This document shows, in pieces, positions 9,276 through 18,562 of a stretch of 49,119 nucleotides of DNA; the first letter of the stretch is position 1; each line of letters starts with the position of its first letter. Below the pieces are notes generated by a model that was not told the DNA's origin, made no database searches, and saw only the letters and a program-made list of their open reading frames with translations. The position numbers were made by a program, and so were the translations under genes. Source of the DNA: Coriobacteriia bacterium (GTDB taxonomy: Bacteria > Actinomycetota > Coriobacteriia > Anaerosomatales > PHET01); the NCBI GenBank assembly GCA_038202795.1, contig JBBREQ010000002.1:1-49119 (forward strand). The letters run 5' to 3'.

Positions 9276-11033
9276 CTAGGCCACCTCGACTTTCTTGACC
9301 TCGTCAGAGACCCGAAGTGCGAGTTCCCGGATCTCCTCGGCAGCCTCGGTTGCGCATCTCAGCGTCTTCATGCCGGCGATCTCGTCGCGCACCGAGACGT
9401 CGAGGATCTTCTGCAGCTCGGCTCCTCGCAGAAGTGCTTCGGCGGCCGCATCGTAGTACGCGAGGATGGCCTTGAGCATCCAGAACTGCTTAGAGGGGGC
9501 GCAGTGCGAATCCACCTCGTCGAACGCGAACTGCTGCAAGAAGTCCTCTCGGAGCATTCGAGATGCCTCCAAGACGAGCTTCTCTGACTCGGGCAGGGCA
9601 TCCGGTCCGACGAGCTGCACGATCTCCTGGAGCTCGGTCTCCTTCTGCAGGAGTTTCATCGCTTGCTCGCGCAGGCTGGACCATTCCTCCGAGACATGCT
9701 CCGCGTACCACGGCGCCACCTGCGCCAGATAGAGCGTGTAACTCGACAGCCACGAAATCGCCGGGAAGTGACGGCGGTGCGCCAGTGAAGTGTCCAGCGC
9801 CCAGAAGGCGCCCGACACGCGCAGCGAGTTCTGGGTCATCGGCTCGCTCATGTCACCGCCCGGCGGGGAGACCGCCCCCACCATCGTGACGGATCCCACG
9901 CGCGCCTCGCCTTGGCTGTCACCTGTGGCTTCGACGCGACCGCTACGCTCGTAAAACGATGCGAGGCGTGTCGCGAGATAGGCGGGATACCCCTCTTCGC
10001 CGGGCATCTCCTCCAGGCGCCCCGACACCTCGCGCAACGCCTCGCCCCAACGAGAGGTCGAGTCGGCCATCATCGCGACGTTGTATCCCATGTCGCGGTA
10101 GTACTCGGCCAACGTAACGCCTACATAGATCGAGGCCTCACGCGCGGCGACCGGCATGTTTGAGGTGTTGGCCACAAGAACAGTCCGATCCATCAACGGT
10201 GCACCCGTGCGGGGGTCTTCAAGGCTGGGGAACTCCTCGAGGACCTCGGTCATCTCGTTGCCGCGCTCCCCGCAGCCCACGTAGACGATGATGTCCACGT
10301 CGGCCCATTTGGCCAGTGACTGCTGGGTCACGGTCTTGCCGGTGCCAAACCCCCCGGGGATGATCGCGTTGCCGCCGCGGGCGATGGGAAAGAACGTGTC
10401 CAGAATGCGCATGCCGGTCAGAAACGGCTCACCGGGGTCGAGCTTCTTGGCATAGGGTCGGCCGATACGCACCGGCCAACGATGCACCATGGAAAGCTCG
10501 GTTCCGTCCTCGAGTCTGACCAGGCAGTCGTCTATGCGGTACTCCCCCGGCAGCGCGACCCATTCGACCACACCACTGGTACCCGGAGGCACCATGATGC
10601 GGTGAATGACGGTCTGCCCTTCCGGGACCGTCCCGATCACATCGCCCCCGGAGACATGCGCACCTTCTGCGACCACCGGCGAGAACTGCCAGCCCTTGTC
10701 GCGATCCAGGGCCGAGACGCTCGTGCCGCGGGTGATGAAGTCGCCGGTCTTGGCGATGACGGGAAGCGGCCTCTGCACGCCATCATAGATCGACGAGAGC
10801 AGACCCGGGCCCAGCTCGACTGTCAGTGGCGCCCCGGTCGAGACGACCGGCTCACCCGGCGTCAGTCCGGAGGTGTCCTCGTAGACCTGCACAGTCGCCG
10901 AGTCCCCTTCAAGACGGATCACCTCGCCCATCAGGCCCAAGGATCCCACTTTGACCACGTCGTACATCTTCGCGCCGATCATCCCGGCCGCCACGACAAC
11001 AGGACCGGTGATTCGCGAGATGGTTCCCTCCAT
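9276..11033 (-). CDS. atpA: V/A-type ATP synthase catalytic subunit A
   Basis: 585 aa. Walker [31 protein letters not shown]. The length is normal, so there is no intein. Confidence 0.96.
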   Translation of the reverse strand: MEGTISRITGPVVVAAGMIGAKMYDVVKVGSLGLMGEVIRLEGDSATVQVYEDTSGLTPGEPVVSTGAPLTVELGPGLLSSIYDGVQRPLPVIAKTGDFITRGTSVSALDRDKGWQFSPVVAEGAHVSGGDVIGTVPEGQTVIHRIMVPPGTSGVVEWVALPGEYRIDDCLVRLEDGTELSMVHRWPVRIGRPYAKKLDPGEPFLTGMRILDTFFPIARGGNAIIPGGFGTGKTVTQQSLAKWADVDIIVYVGCGERGNEMTEVLEEFPSLEDPRTGAPLMDRTVLVANTSNMPVAAREASIYVGVTLAEYYRDMGYNVAMMADSTSRWGEALREVSGRLEEMPGEEGYPAYLATRLASFYERSGRVEATGDSQGEARVGSVTMVGAVSPPGGDMSEPMTQNSLRVSGAFWALDTSLAHRRHFPAISWLSSYTLYLAQVAPWYAEHVSEEWSSLREQAMKLLQKETELQEIVQLVGPDALPESEKLVLEASRMLREDFLQQFAFDEVDSHCAPSKQFWMLKAILAYYDAAAEALLRGAELQKILDVSVRDEIAGMKTLRCATEAAEEIRELALRVSDEVKKVEVA

Positions 11034-11035
11034 GA

Positions 11036-11368
11036 CTACCCCCGCCTCAGCGTGATGTCGAAACCCACAGCACGTCGGATCAACCTGGACAGATACGCGC
11101 CTCGGTTCTCAGGAACGGCCAGCGTATCCCTGATCGGAATACCCACGACGATCGGTCGGTAGAGTGACTCGATACGGCGGCGCAACCGCTCGTCGATACT
11201 CGTGAGCCACTGCTCATTCATGCCGACAACTCCCGCTGTCTCTTCTTCAACCAGCGCGGCGAGCTGCCGGTGAGCCTCCTCTTCGTTACCTGCCACGCGA
11301 ACGTCGACACCGCCCAAACGGAAACCGTCGGCGTTGTCCGGATCGGTGAGGATGAAGACCTTATACAA
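11036..11368 (-). CDS. atpF: V/A-type ATP synthase subunit F
   Basis: 110 aa: [23 protein letters not shown]... The size and position between C and A fit subunit F. Confidence 0.8.
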   Translation of the reverse strand: MYKVFILTDPDNADGFRLGGVDVRVAGNEEEAHRQLAALVEEETAGVVGMNEQWLTSIDERLRRRIESLYRPIVVGIPIRDTLAVPENRGAYLSRLIRRAVGFDITLRRG

Positions 11369-12458
11369 GGATGAGTTCCCTCCTCATCCGCTCTTCCGGG
11401 AGCCCAACGGAGCGACCGGTCACGGCGATTCTGATGTTCGAGACTTCGTTTTGCTTCGCCCACAGGAACGAGAGCACGATGCCTATTCCCAGCGGGTCCA
11501 CCCGACGCGCCAGCAGGACCTCCCGCGTTATCAGATCCTCGAGAGTCCGCTCCAGGACAGAGAGCGAGCCTTCCTGCAGGTAGGTGACGGCTGCTGCCTC
11601 GAGCGGCTTGGCGTAGGGGGTGCGACGCAGAGCGGTCAAGACCCCTTCGATGTCCTCGGCAGCACACAGGACGCTGAAAGCCTCCTGACTTATGTGAGTA
11701 CCACCCTCAAGCCAGTAGCCGGCGATCGCCTCGGAGGTCAGCCCCGTCCTGACGAGCCTGAATGCCGTTCGAAGGTTCTCCACGTCAACCATCGTTCCCA
11801 CGATGCGGGCCACGAGGCGCGCACCGGCGTCATGGCGCTTCTTGCGGAGCCGGGCTGCAACGCTTGCGTAGTACCAGCGATCGAGGGCCAGCTCAAGCGG
11901 CGCAAGATCTCCGCTCTTCAGATACTCCGAGAGGACCGCATCGAGTGGCTTGGAGTACGGCAGCTGCCACGTCGCCAGCGTGTCGACCACCGAGGGCACA
12001 CTGCCGGCCGCCGCAAGTTCAGACAGCTCCACAGCAGACAACGTCGCCGCAGGCATCAGCGACTCGACGATCTCTGGCTGCGACAGGTGCGTATGGACCC
12101 CCCGCAGGATCGTCTTCAGATCGAAGATATCCCAGCTGGATAACACGGACTTGACCAGACCCACCCCTTGGCGGGGGAGGACTTTCAGAACCAACTGCCA
12201 GGTTCGACCCACGTTAGCCCTCAATGCTCGGTCTACACTGGCGACGGTATGGCCGTGAATCAGCGCAGCCTCGACATCGGACTTATACGGCGTCTGTGAG
12301 AGCATCCTGATCTGGGCGTTCAGATCCTGGGCACTGATGAGCTGTTCCAGGGTCGCCCTGTCCAGCAGATGTGACCTCATTCCCCGGACCCGGGCGTTGC
12401 AGTAGCCATAGTCCTTAGCGCGCTCGCGCTCAACCCCTGCCGGTCGCGTTCGTCTCAT
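11361..12458 (-). CDS. atpC: V/A-type ATP synthase subunit C (eukaryotic d homologue)
   Basis: 365 aa: YGYCNARVRGMRSHLL..., helical repeat architecture. Its stop region overlaps the atpF start. Confidence 0.82.
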   Translation of the reverse strand: MRRTRPAGVERERAKDYGYCNARVRGMRSHLLDRATLEQLISAQDLNAQIRMLSQTPYKSDVEAALIHGHTVASVDRALRANVGRTWQLVLKVLPRQGVGLVKSVLSSWDIFDLKTILRGVHTHLSQPEIVESLMPAATLSAVELSELAAAGSVPSVVDTLATWQLPYSKPLDAVLSEYLKSGDLAPLELALDRWYYASVAARLRKKRHDAGARLVARIVGTMVDVENLRTAFRLVRTGLTSEAIAGYWLEGGTHISQEAFSVLCAAEDIEGVLTALRRTPYAKPLEAAAVTYLQEGSLSVLERTLEDLITREVLLARRVDPLGIGIVLSFLWAKQNEVSNIRIAVTGRSVGLPEERMRRELILV

Positions 12459-13033
12459 CCGAACAACATCTCACCAACGCGCTCGCGCGACAGCTCGCGC
12501 ACCCGCGCGAGTCGCGCCTCAGCCGTGTTGTCGCGTCCCACTCGGTCGCCATTGGACAAGACGATCACACCGGCGCCCGTCGTGATCTCGCCGCGCACCG
12601 GGACTTTCCGCCCGCGCTTCGTAAGCAACGACTCGACCAGGTCCGCATCCCGCGGGTCCACGAGCACGCTGGTCGGGTCGCTGGTACTCGCGAGAGCCTC
12701 CTCCAGCAGCCGATCGAGCATCTCGGGATATCCGCTGCCGGTGCGAGCTGCTGCGAGTGACTCGCGAGCTGCGTCGAAGATTTCCTCGATCAGACGGTCA
12801 CGCTCCGCCGAGAGTTCGTACCTGGAGTCCATCCGGGCCTCACTGACCATCCGGCGAGCCCGAATCGCGACGGCGCCGGTGTGAGCATCCAAGCGGTCGT
12901 GAACGAGCTGCTCGCACCGACACTTCGCCTGCTCGGCGATTCGCTCTGCCTCTTCAGAGGCATTGCTGCGAATCTCGGCGCAGCGCGCGTGCGCCTCGGC
13001 TTCGAGAGCCCGAAGTACCTCTTCGAGGGCCAT
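12455..13033 (-). CDS. atpE: V/A-type ATP synthase subunit E (peripheral stalk)
   Basis: 192 aa with a charged coiled-coil N-terminal half and a globular C-terminal half. Operon position K-E-C. 4-nt overlap with atpC. Confidence 0.75.
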   Translation of the reverse strand: MALEEVLRALEAEAHARCAEIRSNASEEAERIAEQAKCRCEQLVHDRLDAHTGAVAIRARRMVSEARMDSRYELSAERDRLIEEIFDAARESLAAARTGSGYPEMLDRLLEEALASTSDPTSVLVDPRDADLVESLLTKRGRKVPVRGEITTGAGVIVLSNGDRVGRDNTAEARLARVRELSRERVGEMLFG

Positions 13034-13036
13034 TGA

Positions 13037-13375
13037 CTACGCTCCGATGATCATGAATGCGATTGCAAACCCCAAGAGTGCGATGATTTCAGGCAGCGCC
13101 TGGAGCACGATCAGCGTCGTGGCGACCTCGGGGCGCTCGGCGAGTGTGCCCGCGCCCGCTGCGCCGATCTTGGACTGCGCGTAGGCAGCCGCCCAGGCCG
13201 AGACACTCATCGTGAGCGCCGCTCCCATCGCCTTGCCCACCCCAACTTGCCATGCTTGGGCGACCTCGGGAGCGCCCTCGGTCGCCGCCTCGGCAGCCAG
13301 AGCGAGCTCCGGCCCCAGCACGACCAAGAACCCCGCAGCTGCTGCACACAGTAACTGCCCCCTTGTTGGTCTCAC
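13037..13375 (-). CDS. atpK: V/A-type ATP synthase proteolipid subunit K (single hairpin) with signal-peptide-like N-terminus
   Basis: 112 aa with two Gly/Ala-rich TM helices (VGVGKAMGAALTM..., TTLIVLQALPEIIALLGFAIAFMIIGA) and a carboxylate in helix 2 (PE). The N-terminal MRPTRGQLLCAAAAGFLVVLGPELALA looks like a leader peptide. Confidence 0.85.
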   Translation of the reverse strand: MRPTRGQLLCAAAAGFLVVLGPELALAAEAATEGAPEVAQAWQVGVGKAMGAALTMSVSAWAAAYAQSKIGAAGAGTLAERPEVATTLIVLQALPEIIALLGFAIAFMIIGA

Positions 13376-15354
13376 GACGACTCCTCTCCTTTGGTCCTAT
13401 GGAACGGCTTGTATAGCCGTGTCCCTGACTCGAAGAACTTGCCGAAGAACTCGAGGAAATTCAGACGAAGCGCGTGGATATTGGGGCTGAACGCCGCGAT
13501 GGCTATGTTGAGTGAGTGCAACACGATGCCCACCAGCACCGCGAGGAAAGCGGCCTTGGGCAGTATGGTGAGCGTGATCTCGTTCACCGCATCGGCGAAA
13601 ATCGCTCCCGCCAGTCCCACGGCCATGATCCTGAGATACGAGAAGACGTTACCCAGCTGGCCCACGATCTCTATGACTCCGACGATCTTCCCGCCCCTGA
13701 AGGTGAAGAACGTCCCCACGATCAGCAGCAACGCGCCAGCCGCCACCGCGAGCTGACCGTACGGCCCGGCCGTCTCCGCTGATATCGCCGCGTAAGCCAG
13801 CGCCATCACGAGGAACCCGACCAAGGTCGCGAGCAATCCGGAGCGCTCGTTGAGGTGAGCCCAGCTACGCGTCTTCGCAGCATTCACTATGCCGAGAACA
13901 AGGCCCAACGACACTTGAACGAAGCCCGTAGCCAAGGCGATCACCATCAGCGTTGGAACCTCGGTCGTGCGCGTGAAGGGCAGAGTGATCCCCATGACCC
14001 GGAAGTGGGCGGGGACGATACCGACAATCTCACCCAGGTTGCCAAAGAACTCGCCGTAGAGGAACCCGAACGCAACCGCCATCGTCGCCGCGGGACCTAG
14101 AATCGCTGTAGCCTGCTGAACGAACGCCACATCGTGGTACTTGAACCGGAACCAGAGCACCAACGCCACCATGACGAGCCCGTAGCCCACGTCTCCCACG
14201 ATCATGCCAAAGAAGAAGGGGTAGAACAGCGCGAGCAGTATCGTAGGATCGATCGTTCCGTAGCGCGGAGCGCCCGAGATGGATAGCAGGCCCTGGAACG
14301 GAGCGACCATCCCTGTGTTGCGCATCGCCACAGGAACGTCGGCCATATCTTCGGGCCTGATCGCGTGCTTCTCGGCGATCACTTCGCCTTTGAATCTCGT
14401 CTCCAGACTCTGCGCGAACCCCGCGAAGTCCTCGGCCGGTATCCACCCGGTGATGACGAACGCATACTCGGTTTCGCCGAAGTCCGAGATCGCATCGATC
14501 TCCTCCATCCGGTCCACGAGTACATCCCGAATGGCGGAGAGCCGGGTGAACCAGATGCTCGAAAGATACTCGAGTTCGCTTCGTACGGTCTTGAGGCGAG
14601 CGGGCAGCACCCGCCGCTGTTCGAGCATCTCGTCATGGGCTTCGTCGAAGGGGCGATCCGCAAACTCGGAAGGCAGCTTGATCTGGCTGACATTGGCCTC
14701 CGCGAGGTAGCGTCGCACCTCAAGGGCGTGATCTCGGGAGAACACCAGAATCGCAGCGGTCGTCTCCTCATCGATGTCAGTGGACACGATTTGAGTCTGA
14801 CCGCCCGTGAGTTCTTCAAGACCGCTGGCAATGTCGTCGAGCGCGCCTTTGTAGCGCCGATCGATTCGCAGGGCCACTGCCTCGAACGCCCCCGTAATCA
14901 GAACCTGCCGGGCCAGCGGCGCGATCTTGTCCAGAATCGGCGCGTATCGCTCGAGAAGCACCAGCTCACTCTCGATGGACTCGGCCTCCGTGGCGAGCGT
15001 GGACACTTTGTCCTCGACTTGCCCGAGTACGTCGCGTGCGCGGCTGACCGACCCGGCGAGTCCACCGTTCCACACATCGTTGTAGCTGCTCTGGTAGAGC
15101 CGCTTGTCGATGGTGCCTCCCGAAACGGTCAGCGCCTTGAGCAGCCCGCGTATTCGCACCAGCAGATCCTCGAGCGCGTCGTGATCGTGCTGCGACTGTG
15201 GATCGACGTGCATCCGGTCGACCGTCGAACTCTCCGCAACGGCGTGGGTGACCTCCTCGATGTGCAGATCGCCAAGGTCGTGCACGAGGGAGACCACTTC
15301 CGAGAAGTGCTCCTTCGGACCAAGAATCTCGACCTTTGCCATCTCGACAAGCAT
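13372..15354 (-). CDS. atpI: V/A-type ATP synthase subunit I (a-subunit, stator/proton channel)
   Basis: 660 aa with a soluble N-terminal half and a polytopic C-terminal half, including the YLRIMAVGLAG arginine helix. Confidence 0.9.
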   Translation of the reverse strand: MLVEMAKVEILGPKEHFSEVVSLVHDLGDLHIEEVTHAVAESSTVDRMHVDPQSQHDHDALEDLLVRIRGLLKALTVSGGTIDKRLYQSSYNDVWNGGLAGSVSRARDVLGQVEDKVSTLATEAESIESELVLLERYAPILDKIAPLARQVLITGAFEAVALRIDRRYKGALDDIASGLEELTGGQTQIVSTDIDEETTAAILVFSRDHALEVRRYLAEANVSQIKLPSEFADRPFDEAHDEMLEQRRVLPARLKTVRSELEYLSSIWFTRLSAIRDVLVDRMEEIDAISDFGETEYAFVITGWIPAEDFAGFAQSLETRFKGEVIAEKHAIRPEDMADVPVAMRNTGMVAPFQGLLSISGAPRYGTIDPTILLALFYPFFFGMIVGDVGYGLVMVALVLWFRFKYHDVAFVQQATAILGPAATMAVAFGFLYGEFFGNLGEIVGIVPAHFRVMGITLPFTRTTEVPTLMVIALATGFVQVSLGLVLGIVNAAKTRSWAHLNERSGLLATLVGFLVMALAYAAISAETAGPYGQLAVAAGALLLIVGTFFTFRGGKIVGVIEIVGQLGNVFSYLRIMAVGLAGAIFADAVNEITLTILPKAAFLAVLVGIVLHSLNIAIAAFSPNIHALRLNFLEFFGKFFESGTRLYKPFHRTKGEESS

Positions 15355-15380
15355 AGATACCGACTCCCCCGACTGATCGC

Positions 15381-15743
15381 TCAGCCTCCCAGGGTCGCAC
15401 GCACGATCTCGTCGACAACGGCGCGATGGCGTGCCACTGCAACCTCCCTTATTTGGGTGGCTTGATTCCTGGCAGACTCGCGTACTGCGTCAGCCTCCGC
15501 TTGGGCTGCAGCCATTGCTTGGATCTCGGTATCTGAGGTGAGGCGCTCGGCTTCGGCCTCCGCGCTCTCAAGTGATCGTACGGCTAGCTCTTGGGCGTCT
15601 CGGAGGCGTCTTTCCGCCTCTGAACGAGCGACCATGACCAGGCCGTCGAATTCGAGCTCTCTCTCACGTATCTGTGCCAGCGTCGAGGCCTGCTCGTGTT
15701 CCTCGGAGCTGCCGGCACCATCAAGCGGCGCGCGACGGGCCAT
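15381..15743 (-). CDS. Small coiled-coil protein, probable V/A-ATPase peripheral-stalk subunit (G/H-like)
   Basis: 120 aa, Ala/Glu/Arg-rich and helical. First gene of the operon, 26 nt upstream of atpI, the same position as the small stalk subunit in Thermus/Enterococcus-type operons. Assigned by position and composition only. Confidence 0.5.
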   Translation of the reverse strand: MARRAPLDGAGSSEEHEQASTLAQIRERELEFDGLVMVARSEAERRLRDAQELAVRSLESAEAEAERLTSDTEIQAMAAAQAEADAVRESARNQATQIREVAVARHRAVVDEIVRATLGG

Positions 15744-15872
15744 GACTCACTCCATTCTTGCTTCTGCTCTTTTGCGGGTTATGTGGAGTATGCCCAAACC
15801 GTCTTGCTGAAACGCAACCATCCGCACGCAAAAACCTTACCAAACATTAATCACATCTGCAGAAACCGTGAA
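15744..15872 (-). promoter_or_regulatory. AT-rich intergenic region, probable promoter/5'UTR of the V/A-ATPase operon
   Basis: Conspicuously AT-rich stretch (…aaaaaccttaccaaacattaatcacatctgcagaaaccgtgaattaaacataaacc…) between the alr stop and the first ATPase gene. No unambiguous -35/-10 pair. Confidence 0.3.
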
Positions 15873-16991
15873 TTAAACATAAACCTTCCTTAGTCGGCTC
15901 CCCAAAGCGCACGCGAGTTCGTAATTGATCGTGCCTGCGAGCTCGGCGAGTTCATCCAGCACGATACGCTCTGCACCTTGAGCCCCCACCAGCACAAACT
16001 CGTCGCCTCGCGATGCCTCAATGCCCCGCGGCACTTCAACCATGAGCTGGTCCATGCAGATGCGGCCCACCTGCGCACAGCGCTTGCCCCCGAGCAGCAC
16101 CGGCATCCGCCCGGAGAGAACCCTGTGCACACCGTCGGCATACCCAACAGGCAGGGTAGCGATCGTGGTCTGTCCCCCCGCCTGCCAGGTCAGACCATAG
16201 CTGACTCCCTCTCCCATACCGATGCGCTTGACCAGCGTCGCGCGCGCCTTGACCCAGAGTGCGGGTGCAAGTTCGACCTCACCGTAGGTGGAGGGTGCGG
16301 GGTGAAGCCCGTAGAGCGCGATTCCGCACCGCACCATGTCGAAGTGCGACTCCGGAACCAGAATCGTCGCCGGACTGTTCGCCGCGTGAACGATGCCCGG
16401 GTCCACGCGCTCGGAGCGCATGCCCGCAAGCGCATCGTTGAACCGCTTGAGCTGTCGGCCGACATCCCAGTCCCCCGGCACATCTGCGGTCGCGAAATGG
16501 GTGAACGTACCCTCGAGTGAGAGCCCCGGGAACTCCGAGAGCATCGCTGCGAACTTCGGGGCGTCCTCCGCTCGCACGCCGATGCGATTCATGCCGGTAT
16601 CGATCTTGAGGTGATAGCGCGCGTCGACTCCTCGCGTGGCCGCCGCGCGTCCCAGCGCGCCCGCGAATTCGCGGGTCGTCACCGTGGGAATCAGATCGGC
16701 GCCGAGAATGGCGTCCACCGTTGTCGTCGGAGGCTCAGAAAGCAGCTGCAGCGGAGCGGTGATGCCCGCTTCGCGCAGCTCGAGCGCCTCATCGACCGTG
16801 GCGACACCGAGCCGATCAGCCCCGGCGGCCAACGCGGCGCGCCCGACCATCACGGCTCCGTGCCCGTAGCCATCGGCCTTCACGACCGCCATGAACAGCG
16901 TTCCGGGCGCCGTGCGCGCCTTCAGAGTCTGCACATTTTGTGCGATGGCCCCCAAGTCGACCTCGGCCCATGCCCAGCGTTTCTCGGTCAT
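15873..16991 (-). CDS. alr: Alanine racemase
   Basis: 372 aa. PLP-lysine motif AVVKADGYGHG, plus ...VSYG...PVGYADG. Confidence 0.95.
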   Translation of the reverse strand: MTEKRWAWAEVDLGAIAQNVQTLKARTAPGTLFMAVVKADGYGHGAVMVGRAALAAGADRLGVATVDEALELREAGITAPLQLLSEPPTTTVDAILGADLIPTVTTREFAGALGRAAATRGVDARYHLKIDTGMNRIGVRAEDAPKFAAMLSEFPGLSLEGTFTHFATADVPGDWDVGRQLKRFNDALAGMRSERVDPGIVHAANSPATILVPESHFDMVRCGIALYGLHPAPSTYGEVELAPALWVKARATLVKRIGMGEGVSYGLTWQAGGQTTIATLPVGYADGVHRVLSGRMPVLLGGKRCAQVGRICMDQLMVEVPRGIEASRGDEFVLVGAQGAERIVLDELAELAGTINYELACALGSRLRKVYV

Positions 16992-16992
16992 G

Positions 16993-18522
16993 TCACCAAC
17001 CTTCCAGTAGCTCGGCCACAGCGACCGGCAGATAGTCGGGCAGATCCTCGGCCGTCACGCACAGCGGTGTGAGCACACTCGCAGCCGCCTCGCCCGCGCG
17101 TCCGTGGAGATACGCACCCAGCACACCTGCATCAAACGGGCTGAGCCCCTGCGCCAGCAAGGCACCGATGACGCCTGAGAGCACGTCGCCCGTGCCTGCC
17201 GTGGCCAGCGCGGACGACCCGCTCGTGTTGATCACCTGACGTCCCGCTGTGCTCACCACCGTGCCGGCACCCTTGAGTACGACGGTCCGAGCAGGCCCCG
17301 CCAGCCTCGCCGAGAAGGATAGCCTGTCTTCTTGGATCCGGGCCACAGAAACGCCCAGCAGCCGCGCCAGTTCGCCCGGATGCGGCGTGAGCACGGTGGG
17401 CGCTGTCCGCTGCTCGAGTAGACCGATGTCGTCGACGAAGGCGTTCAACCCATCCGCGTCGAGAACAAGCGGTTTATCGATCGAAGCAACGAGCTTGCGC
17501 GCAGTCGCGGCCGCGCCATCTGAGACCGTCAGCCCCGGGCCCAGCACGACCACGTCGTAGTCGGTGGCGAGATCGCGCGCCATCGCCGCAGCTGCCGATG
17601 AGAACGTGCGGCCGGCGGCAGGTAGCCCTACCACCGGCACCGCAAGCAGATGGGCCTGCGCGGTAGCCACCGCCGGCTCAGGAACCGCGAGGGTGACGTA
17701 CCCGGCTCCCGCCCGCATCGCACCGCGAGCCGCGAGGATCGCGGCACCAGGAAACATCTTTGAACCGGCAACCACGAGCACGCGCCCGCGCTGGTTCTTG
17801 TGCGCATCCGGCGACGGCGAAGGGAGCAGGGCGGCATAGTCCTCGGGAAGCCAGATCTCCGGCGACCCATCCACCTGGAACAGCTCCGCAGGGATACCAA
17901 GATCGGCGATCACCAGCTCGCCCGCGTGAGCCGCACCGGGAAACAGCGCAAGTCCGCGCTTCGGCGTGGTGAACGTCACGGTGCAGTCCGCGTGGACGGC
18001 GCGCGGGTCAGCCGCCCCGGTGTCCATGTCCACTCCCGTGGGGCCGTCGATCGAAAGTACATACGCGTCGCATCTGTTGAGCGCCTCACACCACGCGCCC
18101 ACCGTGTCACGCAACGGAAGCTTCGAGCCCGTACCCAGAAGCGCGTCGACGACCACATCTGCGGCCAAGTCCTCGGGCCTGGGCTTCTCGGCGGCTACCG
18201 ACCACGGCACGCCCGCTCCTATCGCCTCGCGTGCCGCCTCAGCAGCCGTACCCGTCAACTTCTCGGGATCGCGCAGGGACAGCACGCTGACCGAGCGCAG
18301 TGCGGCGTGCAGCGCACGCGCGGCGACCCACCCGTCGCCTCCGTTGTTTCCCGGACCGGCGAGCACCACCACCGGCCCCTCAGGAACCCGGAGCATCAGT
18401 TCCTGGGCAACCGAGGAACCCGCCGTGCGCATCAGCCCTGCCAGCGTCATGCCTGCCTCGGCGACAGCCCGCTGCTCCACGGCTCGTGACTGCCCTGCGC
18501 TCAGCGCTCGAAACATGTGCAT
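16993..18522 (-). CDS. nnr: Bifunctional NAD(P)H-hydrate repair enzyme Nnr (epimerase + ADP-dependent dehydratase)
   Basis: YjeF_N motif GPGNNGGDGW and C-terminal kinase-like TAGTGDVLSGVIGALLAQG. Start is at MHMFRAL (ATG 18522, or the second ATG at 18516, which has better GGGAG spacing). The track ORF's upstream 116 codons overlap acpS. Confidence 0.9.
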   Translation of the reverse strand: MHMFRALSAGQSRAVEQRAVAEAGMTLAGLMRTAGSSVAQELMLRVPEGPVVVLAGPGNNGGDGWVAARALHAALRSVSVLSLRDPEKLTGTAAEAAREAIGAGVPWSVAAEKPRPEDLAADVVVDALLGTGSKLPLRDTVGAWCEALNRCDAYVLSIDGPTGVDMDTGAADPRAVHADCTVTFTTPKRGLALFPGAAHAGELVIADLGIPAELFQVDGSPEIWLPEDYAALLPSPSPDAHKNQRGRVLVVAGSKMFPGAAILAARGAMRAGAGYVTLAVPEPAVATAQAHLLAVPVVGLPAAGRTFSSAAAAMARDLATDYDVVVLGPGLTVSDGAAATARKLVASIDKPLVLDADGLNAFVDDIGLLEQRTAPTVLTPHPGELARLLGVSVARIQEDRLSFSARLAGPARTVVLKGAGTVVSTAGRQVINTSGSSALATAGTGDVLSGVIGALLAQGLSPFDAGVLGAYLHGRAGEAAASVLTPLCVTAEDLPDYLPVAVAELLEGW

Positions 18523-18562
18523 CTCCCTTGTCGCAGCCCGCAGCTGCGCACGACGAATCCCG

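Noticed and set aside
9276-11033. Checked the ATPase A subunit for an intein or other insertion
   Set aside because: Its 585 aa are collinear with ordinary A subunits, with nothing inserted around the Walker A region.
14365-15465. 366-aa plus-strand ORF. Similar plus-strand ORFs lie at 3258-4286, 20086-20721, 29293-30288 and 43805-44692.
   Set aside because: All lie antisense to confidently identified minus-strand genes (atpI, tsaD, glmS, rpoA, rplC/rpsJ). They are GC-rich shadow frames.
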